From the NCBI RefSeq assembly GCF_004010195.1, contig NC_057719.1, forward strand, positions 83,324,815 to 83,344,814: a stretch of 20,000 nucleotides of DNA, written 5' to 3'. The translations under genes were made by a program, and so were the position numbers. The DNA is from Chiloscyllium plagiosum (taxonomy: Eukaryota). Of the stretch, positions 1 to 10,119 are shown piece by piece. Numbering within the stretch: the stretch's first letter is position 1; the number at the start of each line of letters is the position of its first letter. Under the pieces are notes generated by a model. The model saw only the letters and a program-made list of their open reading frames with translations, did not search any database and was not told where the DNA came from.

Positions 1-312
1 CCAGTGGTAGTCTCACGCTGTGGGAGAATGCAGGAATTGCTTCACATATAACACTAAGACCATCTGGATCATTTTCTAGTAATTTATATGAACAGGAAAG
101 ATGTAATTCAGCATCTTGAGCCTCTTCCTCTGTTCGACTAGGGAGAATCTGATGTTTTCCCTTTAATCTGGCTTTGTTCTTTATCCATCATACCATTGAT
201 TAAAATATATCAGCAATCTCAGTTTTAACACATTTTAGGTGCATTCAATCGGTAAAGTGAATGGTGATGTTAGATCGAGTTAGACCCCATCTACCACCTC
301 CTGAGAAAAAGA

Positions 313-366
313 ACAGGAAATGACATCACCATAGGAAATGACATCACCACAGGACATGACACCACC
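313..366 (+). repeat. 18-bp tandem repeat x3 (ACAGGAAATGACATCACC) inside the PLE end
   Basis: Units at 313-330, 331-348 and 349-366 read directly; in frame they encode TGNDIT-like repeats. Confidence 0.9.
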
Positions 367-430
367 AACCCAAAGAAACCCAAACATATAAATAGAAAGC
401 AGGAATCATGTACACTGCTTTGCCTGAGGC

Positions 431-470
431 CTATTGAAGATGTTACCTAGAAGGGTGATGAAATGTCTGG
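431..470 (+). ncRNA. Degenerate minimal hammerhead ribozyme motif
   Basis: CTA-TTGAAGA-T-GTTACC-TAGAAG-GGTGAT-GAAA-TGTC-TGG; the core C3 is changed to U. Confidence 0.5.
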
Positions 471-567
471 AAATGATCCTCCCAGCTCTGATTTTAATGT
501 TGTGGCTCCCTTATTTTGGCCTACTCTCCAGAGGAACTTACTTCCCTCTCTCTCCAAGAAGGCTCCC

Positions 568-850
568 ATTGGAGAGGGTGTCAAGGAGGTTTGTGAGGGT
601 CTTGTCAGGAGTGGAGAATCTAAGCTATAAGGAGACAAGAAACTAGCCACAACGTTTTCTCAGGTGCAGAAGTGGTTGGGGGGGAATTTGTTTGAAGTTC
701 TTCAAATAATGAGGAGCCTACATTTATTCATAGGAAAGACCCATACCTCTTGATAAGATCATTGAGCTAAGATTCAAAGTGATGATGATAGGAGCACAGG
801 GGAGTTGAAGGGAAATGTTTTCACCTCCTGAAGGTGGTGGAGATCTGATA
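568..850 (+). mobile_element. Old CR1 LINE ORF2 3' fragment
   Basis: LERVSRRFVRVLSGVENLSYKE resembles the CR1 LERVQRRFTRMLPG..LSYEERL motif. Confidence 0.7.
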
Positions 851-859
851 CTCAATGGC

Positions 860-1021
860 TTTCTGCAACTCCTCATACACCTACCCCCAGCCCTGAGGAA
901 GGGTTACAACCCAAAACATTGCCTTCTCCACCTCCTGAGGCTGCCTGGCTTGCTGTGTTCTTCCAGCTTCCTGCTTGTCTACCTTGGATTCCATCCTCTG
1001 CTGTTTTTTTTGTCTCTAACC
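860..1021 (+). mobile_element. Penelope-like element pseudo-LTR remnant with decayed hammerhead (CTGAGGA-A-GGGT-TACA-ACCC-AAAA, 893-916)
   Basis: Aligns by eye with 14890-15050 over about 150 bp; GAAA is mutated to AAAA. Confidence 0.75.
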
Positions 1022-1339
1022 AAAGGGTGGTAAGAGGCAGGATTCCTTGTCACATTAACAAGAAATGGGTTTTCCTGTTATCTGGTTTGAGAAGAGATTG
1101 TGTTGTTGGGGGAGCTTCCAGAGAGACTATCAAAGTTCAAGACATTCTAGAGAGACTAGCAGTGGGTAAAATGACTTTTTCCCTTAACATTCTGCTAACT
1201 ACTTACACTATTAAAGCTTAGCACAAGGCTGGACACAAGATCCTTTCCAGACTCGAGCTGTCATGTGACCTCCTACTGATGTCAAGTAACTGTTCACATA
1301 ATTGAGTATTAACTCTTTGCTCTACATTATACATTTCAA

Positions 1340-1445
1340 GTGGCTGAACCTACAGGGCTGAGACTGAGACCTGTAATGTGGCATTAGCCTGATAGCTCTT
1401 TCTTGGTTAGCACAGACGCAAGGAACCAAGTGGCTTCCTTCAATG
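1340..1445 (+). mobile_element. Degenerate CR1 3' tail
   Basis: GATAGCTCTTTC...GCACAGACGCAAGGAACCAAGTGGCTTCCTT resembles a CR1 terminal sequence. Confidence 0.4.
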
Positions 1446-2004
1446 CCAAAAATTGTCCATGTTTCAATGTTATCTACGCTGTAATCAGCTGGAACACTTT
1501 GAATTTATCACTGTTAATCTCCCATACTTAGCGTCTCCAAACCTAACCTATATAACCCGTCCTTATCATTTAACCTCTTTAGCACTGGTGACCCTAATGG
1601 TTTCAATACGGTTCAATGGTAATGTCATTGATGATATGTAATTACAATGGGTCCCAATCCATTCATGAACACAGTGTGCCTGTTTGCAATGCTGGTCTTA
1701 CCGAGAAAGCATGTAAGTAAACTTGAAAGTGCTCAGAAACAAGCATAGAAGCTAATCCTGCCAAAGCTACGCTGACACAATTAAACGGATGATGATATGT
1801 TCCCTTGTTGGAAGGCAGAAACATCTCTCTCTGGGACTTTAGTGGAAAACTGTAGAATTCCAGCTCCCAGTGCCGCCATCTCTTTCAATAACCGAACAAA
1901 AGTAAATATGTCTTAAATAAGATATAGAATGAAGAGAGTAAGAGGTACTGCTTTCCAAAACACATAACCAGGCAGTAAGTGATTGAGAATTTAGTAAAAA
2001 ATAC

Positions 2005-2190
2005 AGCCACGTTCATCTCACGAGCTCTTTGGATGTCTCTCCCACTCGGGAGAGATAACTGGTACTGGGTCACCATACCTCAGGCAAGACAAGAGGTTAA
2101 CTAGAAAGAGTCAATCACAGAAACATCAGCCACTGATGTGTATTACTCTGCATCACAAACCAGCCATCCAGCCAACTGAGCTAACCAATC
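2005..2190 (-). mobile_element. tRNA-derived SINE (family A)
   Basis: Minus-strand head GGTTAGCTCAGTTGGCTGGATGG (A box); homologous to 5623-5806. Confidence 0.7.
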
Positions 2191-2820
2191 TCAAGCAGTT
2201 GCTGAACTGAACCAGCCAACAGGGGAGCTGGGGCATTGTTATGAAATGGGGCTCACAGTAGACCTTTCACTTCTGCTCTGTAAGTTAAGGAGATGTGCGT
2301 TTTGCAACATCTTGCAATCAGTTGTGGCTGAAACGATAATAATTGTGCAATCCTTTTATGATTTTATACTTTCATTGTTGTTTCGGTTTCAATGATTGTC
2401 CATAGCTGGGTCATGATTTGAGATTATTTGTGATACCTGTATGATCATCACACCCTGGTATCTACTGCCACGGTGAATTTTCAATAAACTAGTTATTAAT
2501 GTAATTAGGTTACAGCTCACTCCCAGCCATGAAGATGTCTGTTTACATCCAGCTGCAATGGGTTTAGGGACCTGTAATCTGATGCTAAGTGCTGCCTGCT
2601 CTATGTTCTACAAGCGTTTGGAGTGAATGACAGAACACAGAGCACAAAGGCTTTTTTTCATGTGAATTAAAGCAGACCCCAATGATTCGTTAAGAGATGT
2701 TAGCATACAATGCCATGATATTGTGTTAATTCTGCCTCTACAATGTGAGATTTTGATCTAAATGGCCTATTAATGTAATGTTAACCCAGACGTTTTGAAA
2801 TGGTACCAAATGCCATAAAT

Positions 2821-3460
2821 GTGGGTATGTTTGCCGAGCTGGGAAGTTGATTTGCAGACGTTTCATCCCCTGTCTAGGTGACATCTTCAGTGCTTTGAAG
2901 CCTCCTGTGAAGCGCTGCTGTACTGTGTCTTGTGGAATTCATTTGGTTCTGTTCTGCTTGTTTGATGTAGTGGCCAGTATCCTGGGTCTAGGTCAATGTG
3001 CTTGTCGATGGAGCCTATGGCTGAGGGCCGTGCTTCTAGAAATTCTCTGGCTGTCCTATGTTTAGTCTGTCCTATGATCGTTGTGTTGCCCCAGTCGAAT
3101 CTGTGGTCCTTCTCACCTGTGTGTATGGCTACAGCTTGTCATGGTATTCAGTGGCTAGTTGGTGTTTGTGGATGCAGATTGCTAGTTGTCTGCCTGTTTG
3201 CATTATGTAGTGTTTGTGCAGTCTTTGCATAGAATCCTGTACATTAGGTTAGTCTTGCACATGATGGGTATCGGGTCTTTTGTTCTGGTGAGTTGTTGCC
3301 TGAGCACGGCTGCCAGTTTATGGGCTCCAATGAATCCGAGTGGTTGGAGAAATCTAGCTGTCCGTTCTGAGATGTTACTGGCTAGTGAGTTAGGTCATGG
3401 CATGTACTCACCGTGTTGTTTGTCTATTAGGCATCTGCAGACTTCTCTGACCACTCGGAT
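2821..3460 (-). mobile_element. Penelope-like retroelement: degenerate GIY-YIG endonuclease plus pseudo-LTR
   Basis: Minus strand translates, with frameshifts, TKDPIPIMCKTNLMYRILCKDCT..HYIMQTGRQLAICIHKHQLA..DHRFDWGNTTIIGQTKHRTAREFLEA..SIDKHIDLDP, a GIY-YIG domain typical of Penelope/Poseidon PLEs. Confidence 0.9.
2854..2893 (-). ncRNA. Minimal type I hammerhead ribozyme motif, intact core
   Basis: Minus strand GCA-CUGAAGA-U-GUCACCU-AGAC-AGGGGAU-GAAA-CGUC-UGC: stem I GCA/UGC, stem II, GAAA, and palindromic ACGU in place of stem III. Confidence 0.75.
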
Positions 3461-3735
3461 TCATGTGCAAGACTAACGTAATTACTCCATCGAGAAGCAC
3501 ATTGACCTAGACCCAATATACCAGCCACTACACTGAATAACCAGAAGCAACAGGAACAGCACCAAATGAATTCCACAAGACACAGTACAGAAGCGCTTCA
3601 CAGAAGGACCCAAAGCACTGAAGATGTCACCTAGACAGGGGACAAAATGTCTGCAAATCAACTTCCCAGCTCGGCAAACATACCCATAACCATGACAACC
3701 AGCACCCAAGCTACAAATCTTTACACAAACATTGA
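3461..3735 (+). mobile_element. Inverted pseudo-LTR copy of the same Penelope-like element
   Basis: 3485-3686 is the reverse complement of 2822-3013 with indels; its hammerhead at 3615-3654 has GAAA mutated to AAAA. Confidence 0.9.
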
Positions 3736-3861
3736 ATGATAGCAAATGTCTGTGATGTCTAGGAAGAGAAAATCCTTATGTCCTGTTCTTGAGACTATAA
3801 AAGGACGTTGGCATTTTCTTGTAACATAACTACTGGATGTCTCAACTTTCTTCACAGCCGC

Positions 3862-4318
3862 TGGGCTCCAACAACAACACTCAGGAAGTCTCGACACCAT
3901 CCAGGACAAAGCCGCCCGCTTGATTGGCACCACATCCACAAGCATCCATTCCCTCCATCACCGACGCTCAGTAGCAGCGATGTGTACCATCCACAAGATG
4001 CACTGCAGAAATTCACCGTAGCTCCCTAGACAAACCCACAACGACTTTCCGTTCAGAAGGACAAGGGCAGCAGATACATGGGAACACAACCACATGCAAG
4101 TTCCTCTCCTGACTTGGAAATGTATTGCTGTTCCTTCAGTGTCACTGGGTCAAGTTCTGGAATTCCCCCTCTAGTAACATTGTGGGTCAACCCACAGTAT
4201 GTGGTCTGCAGTGGTTCAAGAAGGCAGCTCACCACCACCTTCGCAAGGGCAACTGGGACAGGGCAATAAGTTTTGGCCCAGCCAGTGACGCCCACCTCCC
4301 ATGAATGAGTATTTTTTT
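3862..4318 (+). mobile_element. LINE (CR1/L2 group) ORF2 C-terminus and 3' tail
   Basis: LDTIQDKAARLIGTTSTSIHSLHHRRSVAAMCTIHKMHCRNSP; the tail GGGCAATAA..GGCCCAGCCAGTGACGCCCAC..CCCATGAATGA is shared with the SINE at 16285-16630. Confidence 0.8.
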
Positions 4319-4342
4319 AAAGTATGGAGGCAGCAGGTTTAC

Positions 4343-4384
4343 CTGTCTATCTTGGCAGTGGACAGGGGTGCCTAGTACAATCAT
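4343..4384 (-). CDS. Possible downstream exon of the unidentified minus-strand gene (42 nt)
   Basis: TTTCAG| acceptor and CAG|GTAAAC donor; open in phase 0 (MIVLGTPVHCQDRQ) and terminating in phase 1 (DDCTRHPCPLPR*). Confidence 0.25.
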
Positions 4385-4496
4385 CTGAAATTTGATGACC
4401 GATTGTACACAATTCCCTGATCATTAAAACAGAGAGTGGTTGGTGAGGCAGTTCTAGCCAACACTTCAGGAGTCAGGAATTAAAGATCAATTTATC

Positions 4497-4785
4497 AGTG
4501 GCAACTGGAGCATAGAGACTATGTTATTGGACTAATAACCTCAAGGTCCGGACTAATACTGCGGAGTTTCTCAGTTTAAATTCCATGCATAGCAGCTAGG
4601 AGTTTAGCTTCAGTTAATTATAAGCTCTGAAGTAGAAAGCTAGACTCAGCCATTGTGACAGTGAAACTACAACATAGTCATAAAAACTCATGCAGTGCTC
4701 TAAGGACTCGAAAAATCGGTTTATGCTTTTGGATCTGATCTATGGGTGATTCTAGATAGCCCAGCAATGTGGGTTACCTTTCAAC
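4497..4785 (+). mobile_element. Highly degenerate SINE, same family as 16285-16630
   Basis: Colinear remnants GGACTAATAA, GAAAGCTAG..TCAG, TAAAAACTCAT, CCCAGCAATGTGG. Confidence 0.5.
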
Positions 4786-4944
4786 AAATAAAAAGATGCT
4801 TTTGTTTCAGTTTTCTGCAAACTCTTTCATTTATTCCGTACAAGAAAAGTGTTTGATAGGTAGGCCGTTTGGAGGTCATGTGACAAAACCCAATGCATTG
4901 TGGGCCCGGCCTCCCTCCACCTCAAAGCAGCCCTCTGCAAATAC

Positions 4945-5071
4945 CATGGCCTTTTCCCAGAATGCCTGTGACCTTTCTAGACACTGGCGAATGAGCTTCT
5001 CGTAGAGTTGAAGGGGAGACTCTGGCACAGCCTCTGAGGACTGTAGGCACGGCAATACTTTGAATAGATTG
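4945..5071 (-). CDS. Putative coding exon of unidentified host gene (NLFKVLPCLQSSEAVPESPLQLYEKLIRQCLERSQAFWEKAM)
   Basis: Branch-point-like CACTGAC, TTCAG| acceptor and ATG|GTATTT donor; 127 nt, phase 2 to 0, compatible with exon 6872-6919; amphipathic helical peptide in non-repeat DNA. Confidence 0.5.
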
Positions 5072-5622
5072 CTGAACCCCAGTCAGTGTGGAAGGAACTG
5101 CCTCAGGAATCGGTTCTGCTTTAGACAGATCCTCCATCAATCATTGTAATTGTGGCAGAGTTGGACAGGGAGGGTGGGGGAAGGCAATGAGAGCACTTTG
5201 AATATTCTTTTAGACAACTTCCTCAAGACTGGAAATGCTTCAGAGAAAAAAAAGCCCAAGGCACAGACAGCGCTATTGTTACACGGAGGATGTCAATCAG
5301 CAACTGTTTGGAAAGGAACCAGTGCTTCAGTGACTGCTAATCACTCTCAATTAACAGCAAGGCTGTAAGTCACTCTATTTATAGAAAAAGGCGTAGTTCA
5401 CGATGAAAGCAGGATGGGACTTTGGACACCACTGCAGGTAATAAACAAACACGTTGACTTGTGCGAGCTGCCAACTGGATTATGGGATATATTCTCGGCC
5501 TATTTGGGGAAATCAAACTGATTTAGGCCCAGTGCTGTGTCAAATGTTGGCAACTGCAGGTTGACTAAATCACTCGTATCGCGTAAATGAAGGATTAAAT
5601 TTAGGGGCAATGAAGAGAAAGT

Positions 5623-5806
5623 CACCACGATCCTATCAGACCATGGGCCTGCTCTCGCATTACAGAGAGACAACCGCTGGTGGTTTAACCTGAGGGCCAC
5701 TGCACCTCAGGTGAGGGGAGAGATTGAGGAAGGAGAGTCCTTCAGAGCAGGATGGGAATTGAATCCAGGCATTACTCTACATCACAAATGGAATATCCAG
5801 ACAACT
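5623..5806 (-). mobile_element. tRNA-derived SINE (family A), second copy
   Basis: B-box-like GGATTCAATTCCC on the minus strand; homologous to 2005-2190. Confidence 0.7.
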
Positions 5807-5925
5807 GCAGCAGGGGCAGAATGTGCTTTCAAGCTCTGAAAAAAGGTGAATCTGCCTTTTTTTGGTGTCCCAGAGTTATTTTGGACAGTCATTTATAGAC
5901 TCAACTATCCATACTTTCTCCTCTG

Positions 5926-6050
5926 AAGGCAAAATACTGCAGATGCTGTTCCAAAGAAGAATCGTACCCAACTCGAAATGTGAACTCTGTTTTTCTCTCT
6001 CCACAGATGCTGCCAGACTTGCTGAGTGTCTCCAGCATTCTCCGTGTTGG
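5926..6050 (+). mobile_element. Penelope-like pseudo-LTR remnant (another family)
   Basis: AAATACTGCAGATGCTG followed by a decayed hammerhead-like GTTC-CAAAGAAGAATC..ACTCGAAATGT-GAAC and CAGATGCTGCCAGACTTGCTGAG, similar to the other PLE ends in the window. Confidence 0.6.
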
Positions 6051-6089
6051 TACTTCTAACCAGCCACATGCCTATCGCTCTGTGTTAAT

Positions 6090-6760
6090 ATGCACACGTC
6101 CACAGTCCGTTGCCTGTATTCTACCTCATGCCAAGCCCGGATGGTCCATCCTCACTGTGTTCGCTGACCTCCCATGGGTCCAGCAATACCTCGATTGTAA
6201 AATTCTTTCCGGCTGTGTTTCAGGGAAGGTGATGGTGTGGCGGGTGTTACCTCCTTCAGCCCCACCATCCTCCAGGTTGTGAGCACGCAAGTCATTCGGA
6301 CATCTTGCACAACTCATTTTTAGGAGAAAGTGGGGACTGCAGATGCTGGAGAGTCAGAGTCGAGAGTGTGGTGCTGGAAAAAGCACAGCAGGTCAGCCAC
6401 CATCTGAGGAGCAGGGAAATCGACGATTCTGGCATCAGGAATGAGACCCGAAACCTCAATTCTCCTGCTCCTTGGGTGCTGCCTGACTTGGAGTGCTTTT
6501 TCAGCACCACACTCTTGACTCGCAACTCAATTTTTTTCCCCCTGTACTGTCAACAGCCGCATCCCCCAGCTCTGTCAGCCCTGCAATTGGGTGTCTACAC
6601 CTCTCTGTACCCCGAACGTCAGCACCTCCTTAAAACCTATCTCTTTGGCAAAGTTTTCTATCCTACTAGCTCAGTTTCAGATGACGGCTAATGCTCCTGT
6701 GAAGTATCCTAAGACATTTTACGACACTCAAGATGCTATGTAAATGTAAGTTGTTGTTGT
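6090..6760 (+). mobile_element. L2-type LINE 3' fragment, interrupted by the 6322-6521 insert
   Basis: ILTVFADLPWVQQYLDCKIL (L2 motif ITPVLADLHWLPV..RIDFKIL), LLKTYLF and the tail GCTATGTAAATGTAAGTTGTTGTTGT. Confidence 0.7.
6322..6521. mobile_element. ~200-bp palindromic Penelope-derived insert
   Basis: Inverted arms at about 6357-6431 and 6447-6521; flanks CAACTCATTTTT (6310-6321) and CAACTCAATTTT (6523-6534); homologous to 12300-12510 in opposite orientation. Confidence 0.85.
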
Positions 6761-6871
6761 CCCCCCCAACCCCTTTTTCTGCTGCCGTATTTTCTGCCGA
6801 TGTGCACACATGCCAAGAAATTGACTTCACGGAACATCTGCGTGTGCTCAACCAATGCCCAAAGTCCTCAC

Positions 6872-6919
6872 CAATACTCTGCAGAAATCTGTTCAAGTAA
6901 ACGTTCTAATCCCTTACAT
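6872..6919 (-). CDS. Putative 48-nt coding exon (CKGLERLLEQISAEY)
   Basis: GCTGTTTGTACCACAG| acceptor and TTG|GTGAGG donor; phase 2-2, joining the neighbouring exons in frame. Confidence 0.45.
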
Positions 6920-7161
6920 CTGTGGTACAAACAGCACAGCCTCTCTCCAAAAACACCCCACAACAGATGTCCAACAGATTGTTGAGGACATTCAAGAGAC
7001 AGAGGGAGCATGCAACTCAGTTACAATGAATGAGGGATTTTTCTCATTTCCCCTCTGGAGGTAGAGGGAATTATCGTACATTTGTACTTGGAAAAAGTTC
7101 AGTCAAATCAGAACAAGTTAATACTCAGATGTCATTAAGATTAGTAACTGCATCCATTGCG

Positions 7162-9580
7162 CTCACTGAGTCTCTGTGTCAGTCTCCCTCACTGGGTCGG
7201 TGTCTCTATCTCCCTCACTGAGTCTGTGTGTCTATCTCCCTCACTGGGTTTGTGTCCCTGTCTCCCTCACTGTGCCTGTGTCTCTATCTCCCTCACTGAG
7301 TCTGTGAGCCTACCTCCCTCACTGGGTCTGTGTCTCCATCTCCCTCACTGAGTCTGTGTCTCTATCTGCCTCACTAAGTCAGTGTCTCTATCTGCCTCAC
7401 TGAGTCTGTGAGTCTATCTCCCTCACTGGGTCTATGTGTCTATCTCTCTCACTGCATCTGTAGGTGTGTCTATCTCTCGCACTGAGTCTGTGTCTCTATC
7501 TCCCTCACTGGGTGTGTGTCTCTATCTCCCTTACTGAGTCTGTGTGTCTATCTCCCTCACTGAGCCTGTGTGTCTCTCTCCCTCTCTGAGACTGTGTGTC
7601 TATCTCCCTCATTGAGTCTGTCTGTCTATCTCCCTCACTGAGTCTGTGTGTCTATCTCCCTCACTGAGTCAGTGTGTCTATCTCCTTCACTGAGTCAGTG
7701 TGTCTATCTCCCTCACTGGGTCTGTATGTCTATCTCCCTCACTGAGTCAGTGTGTCTATCTCCCTCACTGAGTCTGTGTGTCTATCTCCCTCACTGGGTC
7801 TGTGACTCTATTTCCCTCACTGAGTCAGTGTGTCTATCTCCCTCATTGAGTCTGTCTGTCTATCTCCCTCACTGAGTCAGTGTGTCTATCTCCCTCATTG
7901 AGTCTGTGTGTCTATCTCCCTCACTGAGTCTGTGTGTCTATTTCCCTCACTGAGTCAGTGTGTCTATTTCCCTCATTGAGTCTGTCTGTCTATCTCCCTC
8001 ACTGAGTCAGTGTGTCTATCTCCCTCATTGAGTCTGTGTGCCTTTCTCCCTCACTGAGTCTGTGTGTCTATCTCCCTCACTGAGTCTGTGTGTCTGTCTC
8101 CCTCACTGGGTCTGTGTGTCTATCTCTCGCACTGAGTCTGTGTGCCTTTCTCCCTCACGTGGTCTGTGTGTCTATCTCCCTCACTGGGTCTGTGACTCTA
8201 TCTCCATCACTGAGTCTGTGTGTCTATCTCTCTCACTGGGTCTGTGTCTCTATCTCCCTCACTGAGTCAGTGTGTCTATCTCCCTCACTGGGTCTGTGAC
8301 TCTATCTCCCTCACTGAGTCAGTGTGTCTATCTCCCTCACTGAGTCAGTGTGTCTATCTCCCTCATTGAGTCAGTGTGTCTATCTCCCTCACTGATTCAG
8401 TGTGTCTATCTCCCTCACTGAGTCTGTGTCTATCTCCCTCACTGGGTCTGTGTGTCTATCTCTCGCACTGAGTCTGTGTGTCTATCTCCCTCATTGAGTC
8501 AGTGTGTCTATCTCCCTCACTGAGTCAGTGTGTCTATCTCCCTCACTGAGTCTGTGTGTCTATCTCCCTCACTGGGTATGTGTGTCTATCTCTCGCACTG
8601 AGTCTGTGTGCCTTTCTCCCTCACGGGGTCTGTGACTCTATCCCCCTCACTGAGTCTGTGTGTCTGTCTCCCTCACTGGGTCTGTGTGTCTATCTCTCGC
8701 ACTGAGTCTGTGTGCCTTTCTCCCTCACGGGGTCTGTGTGTCTATCTCCCTCAGTGAGTCTGTGTCTCTGTCTCCCTCACTGTATCTGTGTGTCTATCTC
8801 CCTCACTGGGTCTGTGTCCCGATCCCCCTCACTGAGTCTGTGTGTCTATCTCTCTCACTGAGTCTGTGTGACTATGTCCCCCTCACTGGGTCTGTGTGTC
8901 TTTCTCACTCACTGTATCTGTGTGTCTATCTCCCTTATTGAGGCTATGTCTCCATCTCCCTCACTGTGTCTGTGTCTCTATCTCTCTCATTGAGTCTGTG
9001 TGTCTGTCTCCCTCACTGAATCTGTGTGTCTGTGTCCCTCACTTAGTCTGTGTGTCTATGTCCCTCATTGGGTCAGTGTCTCTATCTCTCTCACTGAGTC
9101 TGGTGACTATCTCTCTCACTGGGTCTGTGTGTCCATCTCCCTCACTGGGTCTGTGTGTCCATCTCCCTCACTTAGTCTGTGTGTCTATGTCCCTCATTGG
9201 GTCAGTGTCTCTATCTCTCTCACTGAGTCTGTGTGTCTATCTCCCTCGCTGTGTCTGTGTCTCCTCCCTCACTGCGTCTGTGTCTCTAACTCCCTCACTG
9301 GGTCTGTTTGTCTATGCCTCTCATTGGGTCTGTGTCTCTAACTCCCTCACTGAGTCTGTGTGTCTATCTCCCTCACTGGGTCTGTGTCTCTATCTCCCTC
9401 ACTGTGTCTGTGTCTCTATCTCCCTCACTGTGTCTGTGTGTCTATCTCCCTCACTGAGTCTGTGTGTCTATCTCCCTCACTGGGTCTGTGTCTCTATCTC
9501 CCTCACTGTGTCTGTGTGTCTATCTCCCTCACTGAGTCTGGTGTCTATCTCTCTCACTGGGTCTGTGTGTCTATCTCACT
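7162..9580. repeat. 26-bp minisatellite (consensus CCTCACTGAGTCTGTGTGTCTATCTC), roughly 90-95 units
   Basis: Head-to-tail periodicity of 26 nt across 2.4 kb with variant units and no unique spacers. Confidence 0.97.
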
Positions 9581-9710
9581 AGCCCACTAATCTGATCCTG
9601 AACAATTATTTTGCGCGGAATATGGAAATATTGATGCACCAGGTTAGGGCAAAGTCGTTTCTAAGGAATGCTTCCAAAGCTGATAGTCGATGGGCACTTC
9701 ACCAGGGTAC

Positions 9711-9786
9711 CTGAGTTGGTCTACTCCTCCTGGACCCATGTTCAGGTAAGTCATGCTTTTAAAACGGATAGTTGCAGCTTTACAAA
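9711..9786 (-). CDS. Putative 76-nt coding exon (VCKAATIRFKSMTYLNMGPGGVDQLR)
   Basis: CTGCAG| acceptor (weak pyrimidine tract) and CAG|GTACCC donor; phase 1 to 2, bridging exons 13845-14047 and 6872-6919. Confidence 0.35.
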
Positions 9787-9844
9787 CTGCAGCTGAGCTC
9801 CCGGAAGTCCCTTTACCCTGGGATACTTGCCTTTATTTATCAAG

Positions 9845-10115
9845 TTTATGATGGAGTTGTATATGTTAGACCACCATTGGAGTACTGTGTGCAGTTCTGG
9901 TCGCCCCTACTATAGGAACGATGTGATTGTACTGAAGAGGGTGCAGAGGATGTTCACCAGGACATTACATGGACTGGAGCAATTCAACTATGAGGATACA
10001 CTCGATAATCTCGGGGTTTCTTTCCAGAGAAGATTGTGGATTAGATACCTGATTGAGGTGTACACAATTCTGAGCATTAAAACAGGATAGACAGGGTGAC
10101 TATCTTCCCAACTGG
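9845..10115 (+). mobile_element. CR1 LINE ORF2 fragment
   Basis: VRPPLEYCVQFWSP..YYRNDVIVLKRVQRMFTRTLHGLEQFNYEDTLDNLG with frameshift. Confidence 0.85.
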
Positions 10116-10119
10116 AACC

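Larger units (their letters stand above)
274..488 (+). mobile_element. Penelope-like element 3' end (GIY-YIG C-terminus plus pseudo-LTR)
   Basis: Translates IELDPIYHLLRKRTGNDIT..., matching the HIDLDPIY-type end of the PLE at 2821-3735. It is followed by a degenerate hammerhead motif at 431-470 and by CCCAGCTC, as in the other copy. Confidence 0.75.

Noticed and set aside
4778..4814. 37-nt minus-strand exon KTETKASFYLLK
   Set aside because: Phase-compatible, but the acceptor is purine-rich and the donor lies in a decayed SINE end; not listed as a feature.
7162..9580. CRISPR-like array
   Set aside because: Units are directly head-to-tail with no unique spacers, there are no cas genes, and the context is vertebrate.
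7157..9590. Ser/Leu/Cys/Val-rich ORFs, including the 228-aa ORF 8896-9582
   Set aside because: Translation artefacts of the 26-bp satellite; the period is not a multiple of 3 and stops are scattered.
9743..9751. Perfect plus-strand donor CAG|GTAAGT
   Set aside because: No convincing plus-strand exon chain found to go with it.
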